Below are positions 20,283 through 30,289 of a DNA stretch of 64,000 nt, in pieces. A program made the translations under genes and the position numbers. Each line of letters starts with the position of its first letter. Positions within the stretch are counted from its first letter, which is position 1. The notes under the pieces were generated by a model. It searched no databases. It was not told the origin of the DNA and worked only from the letters and a program-made list of their open reading frames with translations. Source of the DNA: a bacterium (GTDB taxonomy: Bacteria > UBA8248); assembly GCA_965200245.1 (NCBI GenBank), contig CBDATS010000004.1:64001-128000 (forward strand), written 5' to 3'.

Positions 20283-20521
20283 CACTCCAGTGACGCGACG
20301 AGAGTCTTATGGAAAAACTGGATGCGCCCGGCGGTCAGGTTGCAGATTAATATTTGGCTTATCGGCACAAGACCTCTCGCCTGCCGGCCCGGATGCAATC
20401 AGCCGAATCGTACCTCCATTCCCCCCTATGGTTTTCAACCTCTCGTTTTCATGCAGATTTGGCGGGCCGCAGCTTAATGAATCTATCAAGCGGCGCGTTC
20501 GAATAAATCACTGAAAATTCA

Positions 20522-21213
20522 GGGAGTTATCTACTTGAATCCGCAAGTCTTCATATCTTGATTTTTGCGTTTCCGGGTGTATCGTTTACGTCACAGGCGG
20601 AATTGCTGCCAGAACCGGTGCATGGGCCGCCTTCCTCCAATCAGGCCATACACCGGATCTGACTGTAACTCAGTGGGGCACTTTCGTACATAATTTCCTT
20701 TTTAGAAAGCATCATCCCAATCATAGTATGCGCCACTAGCGGCTTCCAACTGTTCCTCGGTGAGCCGGGACGGGGGCGGAAGGACGAGATAGCTGTTCTC
20801 GGCGTCGTCTTCCATCACATGCAGGTTGAAATTCTCCGGCATCGTTACCCCGAACTCCTCCGATATCACGGCCTTCGGTTCAGAAATCAGACGGGCGCGG
20901 AACTCCTCACTGTCGCCTGCCTTCTCGATCAGGTGCTCGCGCATCTCGGTGACGGATTTCATTCTGGTCTCCTTTCCATGAGGAAATGAGCATGAGTGGA
21001 TACCCCCGATGCCTTTTTTGCATCGTTGCCATGAACAGGGTATGGGACATTCCGGTGGGAAAGCAAGAAATTTTTGACGTTTACTGGTGAGAAACAGGGT
21101 TCCGCCCGGAAGCCCGTCCGTGTGTCCCCTGCTCTCCCGGGAAACCGGCGGCCGAAGGCTTCGTTTTTCCAAATTCAGGTATTCAGACTTGTGGAATGAA
21201 GTATGTAATTCCC
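20522..21213. mobile_element. Non-autonomous TIR-bounded NHLP cassette, copy 2, with 8-bp target-site duplication
   Basis: Identical by eye to 8368..9059; flanked by AAAATTCA at 20514..20521 and 21214..21221. Confidence 0.85.
20702..20962 (-). CDS. NHLP-leader RiPP precursor, identical to 8548..8808
   Basis: Same 86-aa translation ending ASGA-YYDWDDAF. Confidence 0.9.
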   Translation of the reverse strand: MKSVTEMREHLIEKAGDSEEFRARLISEPKAVISEEFGVTMPENFNLHVMEDDAENSYLVLPPPSRLTEEQLEAASGAYYDWDDAF

Positions 21214-21249
21214 AAAATTCAGGGTTCCAGTAGCTGAAAATCAAAAGGT

Positions 21250-22887
21250 TCATGGGTTTTCCCACGAAATCGACCCTACAGGAATAGGGCGCGCCCAAAA
21301 ACCATCTTCAGCTTTTTTGACGAAAACATTCACCCGCCAGTTCGCGTCGTCAGATTCTGGATAATCCACCCGAAAATGCGCGCCCCGGCTCTCTGTCCGC
21401 GTAAGGGCGGCCTCCACCACTGCTTGTGCGCTTAAACACATGTTCTCCGCCTCCAGGGCCTCCACCAGCCTCGCTGGTTCGCTGCCCCCGCAACCGGCCA
21501 AGCCGCTCTGGACATCTGCGAGTTCGTCCCTCGCCTCTGCGAGCAGGCCCTCCTCGCGCACGATGCCTGCGTTCTCCCAGCAGATTCGCTTGATCTCACG
21601 GGTAAACCCTACGGCACGGCTCATATTGCCAGAGCGCGCCGCGAGGGCATCGGCATGGCTTCGGGCGAGTGCGGGGTCGAGTTTTCCGCTCGTCTGACGC
21701 GCGTATTCGCTCGCGGCCTTCGCCGCGCGCCAGCCCAGCGTGTGAGCCTCCGTGAAGGCGTTGTTCGAGAGACGGTTTGCCCCGTGCGCGCCGGCACTCG
21801 CCTCCCCCGCCGCGTAAAGGCCGGGCATGGCAGTGGCGCCCGAGCCTTCTATCGGCACCCCGCCCATGAAGAAATGGGCCTTTGGCGTGACAAATATCTC
21901 GCTGCTATGGGGCGAAATGCCCCTCCTGGCGAAGAGTTTCAAGTTGTCCGGCGCAAAATGCTCCAGATACTCAAGCGAGATGCCGGACAGATCCATCTGC
22001 ACGGCACCCTCCACGCCGCCGCCCTGCATGAGTTCGAGATAGACCGCCCGCGCCATCAGATCGCGCGTGGCGGCACCTCCACCGGGCACGTCGCGCAGGA
22101 TGTCCTTTCCATCCCGGTTCAGGAACCGCGCCCCGAGCGGGAACAGCGTGGGCGCCACGACCATATTGCTCTCGGGCCGCTTGATGACGGCCGGATAGAA
22201 CTGCACGAATTCCATATCCGAGAGCGCGAGGCCAGCCCTCAGCACCATGCCGAAGGCATCTCCCGTGATGCCGCCCGCGTTGGTGTTCTCCGCAAAAATC
22301 TGCCCCGCCCCGCCCGTGGCCAGAATGGTGGCAGGGGCGGAAATGGCGTAAATCTCCCCGCTTCTCGTGTGAAAACCCAGGATGCCCCGGCAGACATCCT
22401 CATCCACGAGCAAATCGACGGCCATGATGTTCTCGAGAATGCGCGCCGAATCGGCGTCGAGTTTCCTGCGCAGCGGCCTCGCCACCTCCACGCCCCAGTT
22501 CCTGACCGGGTAGATGCCGCGATCGCGATTGTGACCGCCCTGGGGGTGCAAGTCGAACGAGCCGTCCTCGCGCGTGAGAAAGGGGATTCCCCACTCATAC
22601 AGATCGCGAATCCGCGCGGCGGAATCGGCGCACATGGCATGGGCGACGTCCGGGTGATTGAGGTGGGCACCGCCTTCCAGGGTGTCTTCCAGGAACAGGG
22701 CCGGGCTGTCGTCTGGAGCGAAATTCGCCGAATGTCCCGCCCGGGCCATCACGATGTTGCCCGAATTCCCCGGGAACTGCTTGCAGACCAACAGCGCGTC
22801 CACGCCACTCTCCATGGCGGCGACTGCGGCCGTCATGGCGGCGGGTCCGCCGCCGAGAATCAACACGTCACAGGAGAGGGTTTGCAT
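21250..22887 (-). CDS. SdhA/FrdA/NadB-family FAD-dependent oxidoreductase
   Basis: ILGGGPAA, LATGGAG, MEFVQFYP, HFFMGG, HGANRL, RTESRGAHFR. Confidence 0.88.
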   Translation of the reverse strand: MQTLSCDVLILGGGPAAMTAAVAAMESGVDALLVCKQFPGNSGNIVMARAGHSANFAPDDSPALFLEDTLEGGAHLNHPDVAHAMCADSAARIRDLYEWGIPFLTREDGSFDLHPQGGHNRDRGIYPVRNWGVEVARPLRRKLDADSARILENIMAVDLLVDEDVCRGILGFHTRSGEIYAISAPATILATGGAGQIFAENTNAGGITGDAFGMVLRAGLALSDMEFVQFYPAVIKRPESNMVVAPTLFPLGARFLNRDGKDILRDVPGGGAATRDLMARAVYLELMQGGGVEGAVQMDLSGISLEYLEHFAPDNLKLFARRGISPHSSEIFVTPKAHFFMGGVPIEGSGATAMPGLYAAGEASAGAHGANRLSNNAFTEAHTLGWRAAKAASEYARQTSGKLDPALARSHADALAARSGNMSRAVGFTREIKRICWENAGIVREEGLLAEARDELADVQSGLAGCGGSEPARLVEALEAENMCLSAQAVVEAALTRTESRGAHFRVDYPESDDANWRVNVFVKKAEDGFWARPIPVGSISWENP

Positions 22888-22936
22888 GAGATCACCTGGG
22901 AAACCGGGCGAATTTTCGTGAAGACGGGATGGTAAT

Positions 22937-25207
22937 TTACTGCCTGGCTTCTTCTATCGCCTCAAGTACGCGCTCCGGGCTGATGGGCAGGGATCGTATC
23001 CGCGCGCCGCCCGTAGCGTGATAGATGGCGTTGCAAATCGCCGCCGTTATCGGGTTTATCGCCACCTCGGCCAGTCCCTTCGCTCCATAGGGACCGTAGG
23101 GGTCCATGGATTCGAAGAAATCGTGCTCTATCGGCGGGGCGTCCATCGAAGTGGCAATCAGGTAGTCGTGAAAATTTTTCCCGCGCAGATGCCCTTCCAG
23201 CGGTGCCAGACCCTCCATCATCCCGTAACTCATGCCCTGAACAGCACCGCCCTCGACTTGCCCCTCGGCGCCCAGCCTGTTGATCACCCGGCCCGGATCG
23301 TGACCGCAACAAATCCGCAAGACGGTGACGACTCCCGTCTCCATGTCCACTTCCACCTCTGCCGCGTGGGTGCTGAAGGAATACGTGGTCGAGGGATTCC
23401 CGTATTTTTCCTTATCGAGAACCTCTCCTCCGGCCAGCCACTTTCCGTTGCCCTCGATCACACTCCCCGCACGCCTGACAACCTCGCCTACCGTCATCTT
23501 CCGTTCGGGGAGAGCCTTCGCCCGGACTTCTCCCTCGATGATTTCAAGCTCATCCGCAGGGATTTCCATACATTCCGACGCCGCATCCAGAAGGTTCTTG
23601 CGCGCGTCTTCCGCAGCGAGCTTCACGGCGTTGCCGCCAATCAGGGTGATGCGGCTCGCGAACGCTCCCATACCGAAAGGCATGTAACCCGTATCCGTGG
23701 GAGGCACTTTGAACTGGCCCACGGGAATTCCCATGACTTCGGAGGCAATAAAGGCCAATACGCTCGTCGCCCCCTGGCCCAAATCCGACTCGCCCGACCA
23801 TATCTCGACCTTGCCTTCCGTATCTACACGCACCACGCCACTCGACGGGTCGGTGTCATCAGGCCCCAATTCCACGGAAAAGCCTTTGTTCCCCGATACA
23901 TGAATGCAACTGGCGAGACCCACGCCGCGCCCCTTTCCTCCCTGTGCACGCTTCGCTTTCCAGTCCATCTCCTCAACCACGTATCTGGTGGCGTCCGCTA
24001 CAGCGCAACTTGCGATTTTCCAGCCGTGGATCGAGACATCGCCCGTTTTTGTATAGTTTTTGAGGCGTAGATCGGCCGGATCCAGACCCAAACTGTCGGC
24101 TACGTTGTCCAGATGGCTCTCCCAGGCGTAGGTCGCCTGCACGTTGCCGAACCCCCGCATCTGACCCGAGGGGATGATGTTCGTATAGACGAGTTTTCCC
24201 TGGATTTCGGCGGCGGGCGTCTTGTAGAGATTGTCCGTCCTGAGCGCGATGGAACTCATGATGGCCGGGGAGAGCGAACTGTAGGCTCCGTTTTCCGCCA
24301 CGATCCTGACGCGCTTGCCCGCGAGCGTCCCATCGCGTTTCCACGCAGACTCCAGGGAGATATGTACCGGCATCCTCGGACGCATGGCGATCAAGTCTTC
24401 TTCGAGGCTCATTATGAACCTGACCGGTTTTTCCGTCGCCCGGCTCAGCATTGCCGCCATGAGAGCTGCCTTTACGTCCAGTTTTCCGCCGAAGGCGCCG
24501 CCGGGTTTGGTTTGCGTCACGCGAAAATCATCGAAGGACATGCCCATGACGGGCGCCAGCATGAAGGTGCGAATCAGGAAAACCGACTGCAGACATCCCC
24601 ATATGGAGATTTTCCCGTCCGGATGCCACTTTGCGGCGCAACCCGTGGGTTCGATATAGGCCTGATGGGCAAGATGGGTATGAAATTCATCCGCGAACGC
24701 AGCATCCGCCGTATGAAACGCGTTGTCTATTTCACCTCGTTTGAGGTGAAACTCGTTCGCAATGTTGCCGGCAACGGATGCATGGACAAGAGGCGCGTCA
24801 GGCTCCATCGCGACGAAAGGATCCGCGACCGTGGGCAGCAGTTCATAATCCACGCGAATCAGCGAAAGCGCCTCGCGCGCCGTATCCTCGTCGACGGCCG
24901 CCACGGCGGCGACCTCGTCTCCCACATAACGGACCTTCTCACGGCAGAACGCGGTTTCATCCTTTTGATTGATGCCGAATGGCGCGTCGGGCGTGTTGTT
25001 CCTCGAAAGAACGGCGGCGACACCCGGCAAGCGTTCCGCATCCGAGGCGTCGATGTTCAATATCCTGGCGTGAGGATGGGGACTTCGCAGGGCCATACCG
25101 GTGAGGGCATCCGGAAGATCCAGATCGTTGATGAATATCGTCGCACCCGAGACTTTCTCCACGGCGTCGATAATGGGATGAGGCCGGCCGACGACGCGCG
25201 TGCTCAT
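22937..25207 (-). CDS. Xanthine dehydrogenase family molybdopterin-binding subunit
   Basis: LRSPHPHARI, GGAFGGK, MRGFG, EGQVEGG, AKGLAE; start MSTRVVG overlaps the upstream stop. Confidence 0.9.
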   Translation of the reverse strand: MSTRVVGRPHPIIDAVEKVSGATIFINDLDLPDALTGMALRSPHPHARILNIDASDAERLPGVAAVLSRNNTPDAPFGINQKDETAFCREKVRYVGDEVAAVAAVDEDTAREALSLIRVDYELLPTVADPFVAMEPDAPLVHASVAGNIANEFHLKRGEIDNAFHTADAAFADEFHTHLAHQAYIEPTGCAAKWHPDGKISIWGCLQSVFLIRTFMLAPVMGMSFDDFRVTQTKPGGAFGGKLDVKAALMAAMLSRATEKPVRFIMSLEEDLIAMRPRMPVHISLESAWKRDGTLAGKRVRIVAENGAYSSLSPAIMSSIALRTDNLYKTPAAEIQGKLVYTNIIPSGQMRGFGNVQATYAWESHLDNVADSLGLDPADLRLKNYTKTGDVSIHGWKIASCAVADATRYVVEEMDWKAKRAQGGKGRGVGLASCIHVSGNKGFSVELGPDDTDPSSGVVRVDTEGKVEIWSGESDLGQGATSVLAFIASEVMGIPVGQFKVPPTDTGYMPFGMGAFASRITLIGGNAVKLAAEDARKNLLDAASECMEIPADELEIIEGEVRAKALPERKMTVGEVVRRAGSVIEGNGKWLAGGEVLDKEKYGNPSTTYSFSTHAAEVEVDMETGVVTVLRICCGHDPGRVINRLGAEGQVEGGAVQGMSYGMMEGLAPLEGHLRGKNFHDYLIATSMDAPPIEHDFFESMDPYGPYGAKGLAEVAINPITAAICNAIYHATGGARIRSLPISPERVLEAIEEARQ

Positions 25208-25701
25208 AAGTCGCCTCCCTGGTTCATCTGCCGGGCGGCGGCTGAGACCGCCTCGAAAATCTTTTTGTATCCCGTGCAGCGGCAAAGATTTCCCGCGAGG
25301 CCGCGCTGTATATCCTCGCGTGTTGGCGCGGGGTTTTCATCCAAGAGCGCCTTCGCGGATACGACTATCCCGGGCGTGCAAAAACCACACTGCACGCCTC
25401 CTTTCTCGATGAGCTGCTCCTGAATCGAATGGAGGTTATCCTCTGTTCCGATGCCGCGTACGGTGGTGATCTCGGAACCATCCGCCTGCGCGGCGAACAT
25501 GAGACAGGCGTTCACCGCTACGTCGTCGAGCAATATTGCGCAGGCACCACAATCGCCGCCCTCGCAGCTTAGCTTCACCTCTACATAGCCAATGCGTCTT
25601 AACGCGCGCAGGAGCGTTTCATCTCCTCGCACAGAGAGGGATTCCTCTTTCCCGTTCACGCGCAACCTTATTTCATACTTGCCCATCGTCTTCTCTGCCA
25701 A
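25204..25701 (-). CDS. (2Fe-2S)-binding subunit, xanthine dehydrogenase family
   Basis: [25 protein letters not shown]. Confidence 0.9.
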   Translation of the reverse strand: MAEKTMGKYEIRLRVNGKEESLSVRGDETLLRALRRIGYVEVKLSCEGGDCGACAILLDDVAVNACLMFAAQADGSEITTVRGIGTEDNLHSIQEQLIEKGGVQCGFCTPGIVVSAKALLDENPAPTREDIQRGLAGNLCRCTGYKKIFEAVSAAARQMNQGGDL

Positions 25702-25716
25702 AATGAAAAACTCCCA

Positions 25717-26571
25717 TCACACGACAGCAGTCTCCGGGATACCCAGCGCTTTCTTCAACAAGCGGCGAACCAGAACGCCGCACATCTTCTTTCGATACGC
25801 CGCACTCGCCCTTACGTCGTCGATGGGCCGAGCGCTTTCTGCCGCTGCTGCCGCCGCTGCCTCGATTTCCGCCTCTCCGATTTCCCTGCTGCGTAGATGT
25901 GCCTCTGCGTCGTGCGCGCGATATGGAATCGCGGCCACAGACCCAAGACCGATGGCAGCCTCAGCGCAAACGTCTCCTTTCATGCGAAGGGTGATCGCCA
26001 CACCCAAAACGGCGATGGCCATCGCACGCCTGAGCTGAAGTTTGTAATACGCACAACGATCTTCCGGCCCCAGGGGTGGAACGACGATGGCCGTAACGAG
26101 TTCATCCGGTCGTGCAGCCGTTTTTCGGTAGTCCAGGAAGAATTCCGAAAGTGCCATGGCGCGTTCCCCCTCCACCGAGGCCAATTCGACGACGGCGTCT
26201 TGCGCCAACAGGGGGGGAGCCAAATCGGCTGCGGGAGATGCGTCCATGAGATTGCCCGCCACGCTCGCCCGGTTTCTGACCAATGGACCTGCGAATTCGA
26301 GAGCGCTCTCGTACAAAGGGGAGGCCGCCGTGCGGATCAAATCGGATTCCAGTAAATCCGTGACCGTCGCCAGCGCCCCGATCCTGATTTTTCCGTTCGC
26401 CTCTTCAATGAAACGGAGTTCATCCAGGCGGCTGATGTCCACCGCGCGACTTATTTTCTTGCGCCTGAAAAGCACGTCCGGCACGAGGTTTGTGCCGCCC
26501 GCAACGAAAGTAGCCCCATCGCGCGCAGCGGCCAGCGCTTCCTCCACACTTTTTGCGCGTACAAATTCCAT
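25717..26571 (-). CDS. FAD-binding subunit, xanthine dehydrogenase family
   Basis: VAGGTNL, RNRASVAGN, ASPAAD, PIDDVRASAAYR. Confidence 0.9.
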   Translation of the reverse strand: MEFVRAKSVEEALAAARDGATFVAGGTNLVPDVLFRRKKISRAVDISRLDELRFIEEANGKIRIGALATVTDLLESDLIRTAASPLYESALEFAGPLVRNRASVAGNLMDASPAADLAPPLLAQDAVVELASVEGERAMALSEFFLDYRKTAARPDELVTAIVVPPLGPEDRCAYYKLQLRRAMAIAVLGVAITLRMKGDVCAEAAIGLGSVAAIPYRAHDAEAHLRSREIGEAEIEAAAAAAAESARPIDDVRASAAYRKKMCGVLVRRLLKKALGIPETAVV

Positions 26572-26647
26572 TACCGACCCTGCTCTGAAAATTCCGTCTT
26601 GCCGGGTGCTGCTTTCACCCGGCACTCACCCGAAAGCGCTTCGCGAA

Positions 26648-27445
26648 TCATGGCCGGATGTCCGATTCAATCTGCATTCCCGTCGCCAGGGCGTTGAAAC
26701 TGTTGTAGTGATCCACCACCCCGAGAATCTCAAGGATTCGCCCGGGATCCCAGCCCAGATTCACCAGATAAGTATGAAAATACCGTATGAAATACTTCGA
26801 TCCATTCGTGGCACTCACGCCGAAACCAACCGCTGCTTTGGCCTGAATCTCGAGAACGCCCCCATCGAGCATGAGCTTGTGCTTGTTCCAGGTCGATTCG
26901 AAATAATGCCGATTTCGTGCCAGTAAACGCCAGTAGATCGGAACGCCTCCTGATCCACGACGCGCAGATTCCACCTCCGCCACGTCATTCAACAACTCTT
27001 GCACGACCGGGTCGGAATCCGCCTCTTCCGGATAGGGGAGAAGGGGGGGTGTATCCTCATCGTCCAGTAACAGTCCAGAGGCGACCTTGTTCATCCCCGT
27101 GACATGATCCGTCAAACCGATCAATTCCGTGATCCCCACCTCTTCGACTCCCATCCGCATGACCGCGGCGATGTGCGAATCAATTCAGTATTCACACGCA
27201 TTGACGATGGAAACCGCCGAGGCAACCATCTCCTTCACCAGGGGAGGGACATCCCCGCGCTGCATCGTGGCTCGTGAGCGCTCCCAACTCGCCCTGATGT
27301 ACTCGGGGTGATGTGTCATGGAGCGCCAAATGTTCGATAGCGTATCGATGCCAAAAACACGCTTCTCGCGCATTTTGACACGCTCTACGATTTCGCGTGC
27401 CGCTTCGGGCACCTCGTTATCGGCCAACAGGCGGATTGTCGTCAT
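26648..27445 (-). CDS. AhpD/carboxymuconolactone decarboxylase-like two-domain protein, probable selenoprotein (CxxU, TGA at 27185-27187)
   Basis: ORFs 27185..27445 and 26648..27160 are in frame: KEMVASAVSIVNAC-E-Y-TGA-IDSH aligns with the AhpD NxCxYCxxxH motif. Confidence 0.85.
27145..27184 (-). promoter_or_regulatory. Candidate bacterial SECIS element
   Basis: Directly 3' of the UGA: ...CAUCG-CCGC-GGUCAU-GCGG-AUG stem-loop, apical loop starting GG about 20 nt from UGA. Confidence 0.55.
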
Positions 27446-27473
27446 ACAACCCCCAACAGCCTGGGTCAGGAAA

Positions 27474-28682
27474 CTATCTCGGATACCTGAACTTCGCGTT
27501 CGCCACGCTCTTCGGCCCCACCGTCTTGCGTTTTCCGTCCTGCACCTGGAACAAGACGATGGCGCTCGCTGCATTCATGTTGCGCTTGTCGAACTTAACG
27601 GGACCGAAGAAAGTCTGCAGATTGATGTTCGCAATCGCGTCGCGGACCTTCTTCTTGTCCAGCGTTCCCGCCTTCTCGATGGCCTTCTGTGCGACGATAC
27701 CCGCGGCCGTCGAAGCCGCGGCGACGTAATCAGGCTCCTGTTTGAACTTGACACGCCAGATCTTGCCGAAATCGCGCGCCGTGCCGATGAATTCGCCCTT
27801 GTAATCGAGTGCCTCTCCCCACCAGGCGGCGGTCAGGATATTATTGGCCGTGGCGCCGAGCGATTCGGTGAACTGCGCATAGACCGGACCCACCATGGTG
27901 AACAGGATTTTGGGCTTCACTCCCAACTCGTTCGCCTGCTTGGTGGCGAGCAGCGTGTCGGGAAGGTAGCCGGCCACCATGAGCACATCCGGATTCTTGC
28001 CCTTCACGATCGTGAGCCAGGTGGACATGTCCTTCGAGTCTTTCGGAAATTCGGCGTAGTACACATCCGAGAAACCTTGCTTTTTCGCCGCTGCCCTGAC
28101 CATCTTCGTGACGGCGCGCGGAAAGAAGTCGTTTCGCGTCACGAAAGCGATGGTCTTCGGCATTGGTTTTTGCTCTTTCAGGAGCGTAAGGAAGTTGTTC
28201 GGCAAATACGCATTCGGTGCAAGAAGACCGAAGAGGTATTTGTAACCCTGGTCGAAGATCGGCTCCGAACTCGCCACGGGCGCAATGAGGGGCACCTGAT
28301 AACGCTCCGTGATCGCGGCGACGGATTTCGTCGCCCCGCTTCCGAACGGGCCTAGCAGGAGGTCCACCTTTTCCTTGGTAATGAGCCGCTGGGCGAGCTT
28401 GGTGGCCGTCGGCGTCTTGCTCTCGTAGTCGTAGTAGACGATCTTCACCTTCATCTTCTTGCCGCCTACGTTGATGCCACCCGCCTTGTTCACGCGCTCG
28501 CGCCAGATTTCATAGCCTGCCTGCTGTTTTTTCCCCTCGGTGGCGAGGGGCCCGGTGAGCGGTAAGGCGGCACCGAACTTGATCTCCGCTGCCTGGACGC
28601 CTTCCAGCCCCTGCAGGCCCGTCACGCCGAAAGAAACAAACAAGACTACTGCGAAGAGAAACAACAAATTCCGTCTTCTCAT
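27474..28682 (-). CDS. Branched-chain amino acid-type ABC transporter substrate-binding protein
   Basis: Signal peptide; IKFGAALPLTG, NKAGGI, LLGPFGSG. Confidence 0.9.
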   Translation of the reverse strand: MRRRNLLFLFAVVLFVSFGVTGLQGLEGVQAAEIKFGAALPLTGPLATEGKKQQAGYEIWRERVNKAGGINVGGKKMKVKIVYYDYESKTPTATKLAQRLITKEKVDLLLGPFGSGATKSVAAITERYQVPLIAPVASSEPIFDQGYKYLFGLLAPNAYLPNNFLTLLKEQKPMPKTIAFVTRNDFFPRAVTKMVRAAAKKQGFSDVYYAEFPKDSKDMSTWLTIVKGKNPDVLMVAGYLPDTLLATKQANELGVKPKILFTMVGPVYAQFTESLGATANNILTAAWWGEALDYKGEFIGTARDFGKIWRVKFKQEPDYVAAASTAAGIVAQKAIEKAGTLDKKKVRDAIANINLQTFFGPVKFDKRNMNAASAIVLFQVQDGKRKTVGPKSVANAKFRYPR

Positions 28683-28778
28683 GACCTGCCTCCTCAGTGG
28701 TTGAGTGTTACCCTTCCGTTGCCGATTCTCTCACGATATTCACACAAATTGGTTACAGACAGATTAAACGAAACCGCG

Positions 28779-29519
28779 CTAAATGCCCAGGTACGCCTTT
28801 TTCACCTGCGGATTCGCCAGAAGCTCATCCGAGGTGCCGGAGATCGTCACGCGACCGGTTTCAAAAACGTACGCCCGGTTCGCGAGTTCGAATGCCGTGA
28901 GCACGTCCTGTTCCACCAGGATAACGGCGACACCCTCCTCGTTGATCTGCCTTACGAAACCGCACAACTCCTCCACCAGCCTGGGCGCGAGGCCCAGGGA
29001 GAGTTCGTCGATCAAGAGCAGCCTGGGACGCGCCATCAGACCCCGGGCTATCGCGCACATCTGCTGCTCGCCGCCGGACATGCTTCCTGCAAGCTGCGAT
29101 TTTCTCTCCGCCAATCGCGGAAAAAATCCGTATACCCTCTCTAAATCCGCCGCCAGTTCCTGGTCGGCCATTTTCCGGGCGTAGGCGCCCATCAGAAGGT
29201 TCTCCTCCACGCTCATTGCGGCGAACAGCCTGCGGCCCTCGGGCACATGGGAAATCCCTTTGGAGACGATACCCTCAGGCGCCATTCCTCCAATGGATTC
29301 GCCATCGAGTTTCACCTCGCCCTCCTGGTGGGGCAGCACCCCCGAAAGCATTCGCAGGAACGTGGATTTTCCCACACCGTTGCTGCCGACGATGGCGACA
29401 ATCTCCCCTTTGCGTACGTTCAGATCGATGCCCCAAAGAACCTGCACATCGCCATAACCTCCCGCCAGGCCGCGCACTTCGAGGAAGCTCGCATCGCTGC
29501 GGGATTCACCTGTCGTCAC
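28779..29519 (-). CDS. livF: LIV-type ABC ATP-binding protein (LivF-like)
   Basis: GSNGVGKS, VPEGRRLF, MSGGEQQM, KAYLG. Confidence 0.92.
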   Translation of the reverse strand: MTTGESRSDASFLEVRGLAGGYGDVQVLWGIDLNVRKGEIVAIVGSNGVGKSTFLRMLSGVLPHQEGEVKLDGESIGGMAPEGIVSKGISHVPEGRRLFAAMSVEENLLMGAYARKMADQELAADLERVYGFFPRLAERKSQLAGSMSGGEQQMCAIARGLMARPRLLLIDELSLGLAPRLVEELCGFVRQINEEGVAVILVEQDVLTAFELANRAYVFETGRVTISGTSDELLANPQVKKAYLGI

Positions 29520-30289
29520 GCCTGGGACTCCTTATCCAGCTTTTTCATCATCGTAACGTATTTTTCGCCCAAATATGCCTTGATTACCTGCTCGTCGCTT
29601 GTCACCTCGCGCGGCGGACCTTCCGCAATCTTCTCCCCGTGGTGCAGGACGACGACACGATCCGAGAGGTCTGTAATCACCTTCATCAAATGTTCGATCA
29701 CCAGTATGGTGACGCCCTGCTCTCTCACCTTGTAGATGAGGGAGATGGCATTCTCAATTTCCTTCGTGTTGAGACCCGCATTCACCTCATCGAGAAGCAG
29801 CACCTCCGGTTCCGTGGCCAGGGATTTGGCGAATTCGAGGCGTTTTCTCTCGGCAAGCGTGAGTTGGGAAGCGAGTTGCGCGGCCTTATTGCTCAACCCC
29901 ACGAACGCCAGCATCTCATCGGCGAGTTCCTGGGCACGCCTCACCTCCTTTTTCGACTGTTGGGAGCCGAACAGCGCGCCCATCACGACGTTCTCGCGTA
30001 CCGCGAGGCCGGCGAAAGGCTGGACGATCTGAAATGTCCGGGCGATTCCCTTGCGCGTGATGGTATGTGGCTTCAAGGTTTCGATGCGTTCGCCCCGAAA
30101 GAGAATTTCGCCCTCGTTCGCCGGATCGAGGCCCGTAATGCAATTGAGCAGAGTCGTCTTTCCCGCGCCGTTGGGGCCGATGACGCCCAGGATTTCCCCC
30201 TTGCGGACGGTGAAATCCACCGCCGATACGGCGGTGAGACCGCCGAAGCGCTTCGTGACGCGCCTGCCTTCCAGAAGTGTTTCGCTCAC
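29516..30289 (-). CDS. livG: LIV-type ABC ATP-binding protein (LivG-like)
   Basis: KRFGGL, GPNGAGKTT, ARTFQ, LLLDE, AYLG. Confidence 0.92.
   Translation of the reverse strand: MSETLLEGRRVTKRFGGLTAVSAVDFTVRKGEILGVIGPNGAGKTTLLNCITGLDPANEGEILFRGERIETLKPHTITRKGIARTFQIVQPFAGLAVRENVVMGALFGSQQSKKEVRRAQELADEMLAFVGLSNKAAQLASQLTLAERKRLEFAKSLATEPEVLLLDEVNAGLNTKEIENAISLIYKVREQGVTILVIEHLMKVITDLSDRVVVLHHGEKIAEGPPREVTSDEQVIKAYLGEKYVTMMKKLDKESQA

Noticed and set aside
22937-26571. 4-hydroxybenzoyl-CoA reductase
   Set aside because: The FAD subunit lacks the extra [4Fe-4S] Cys insertion of HcrB; only a family-level call is supported.
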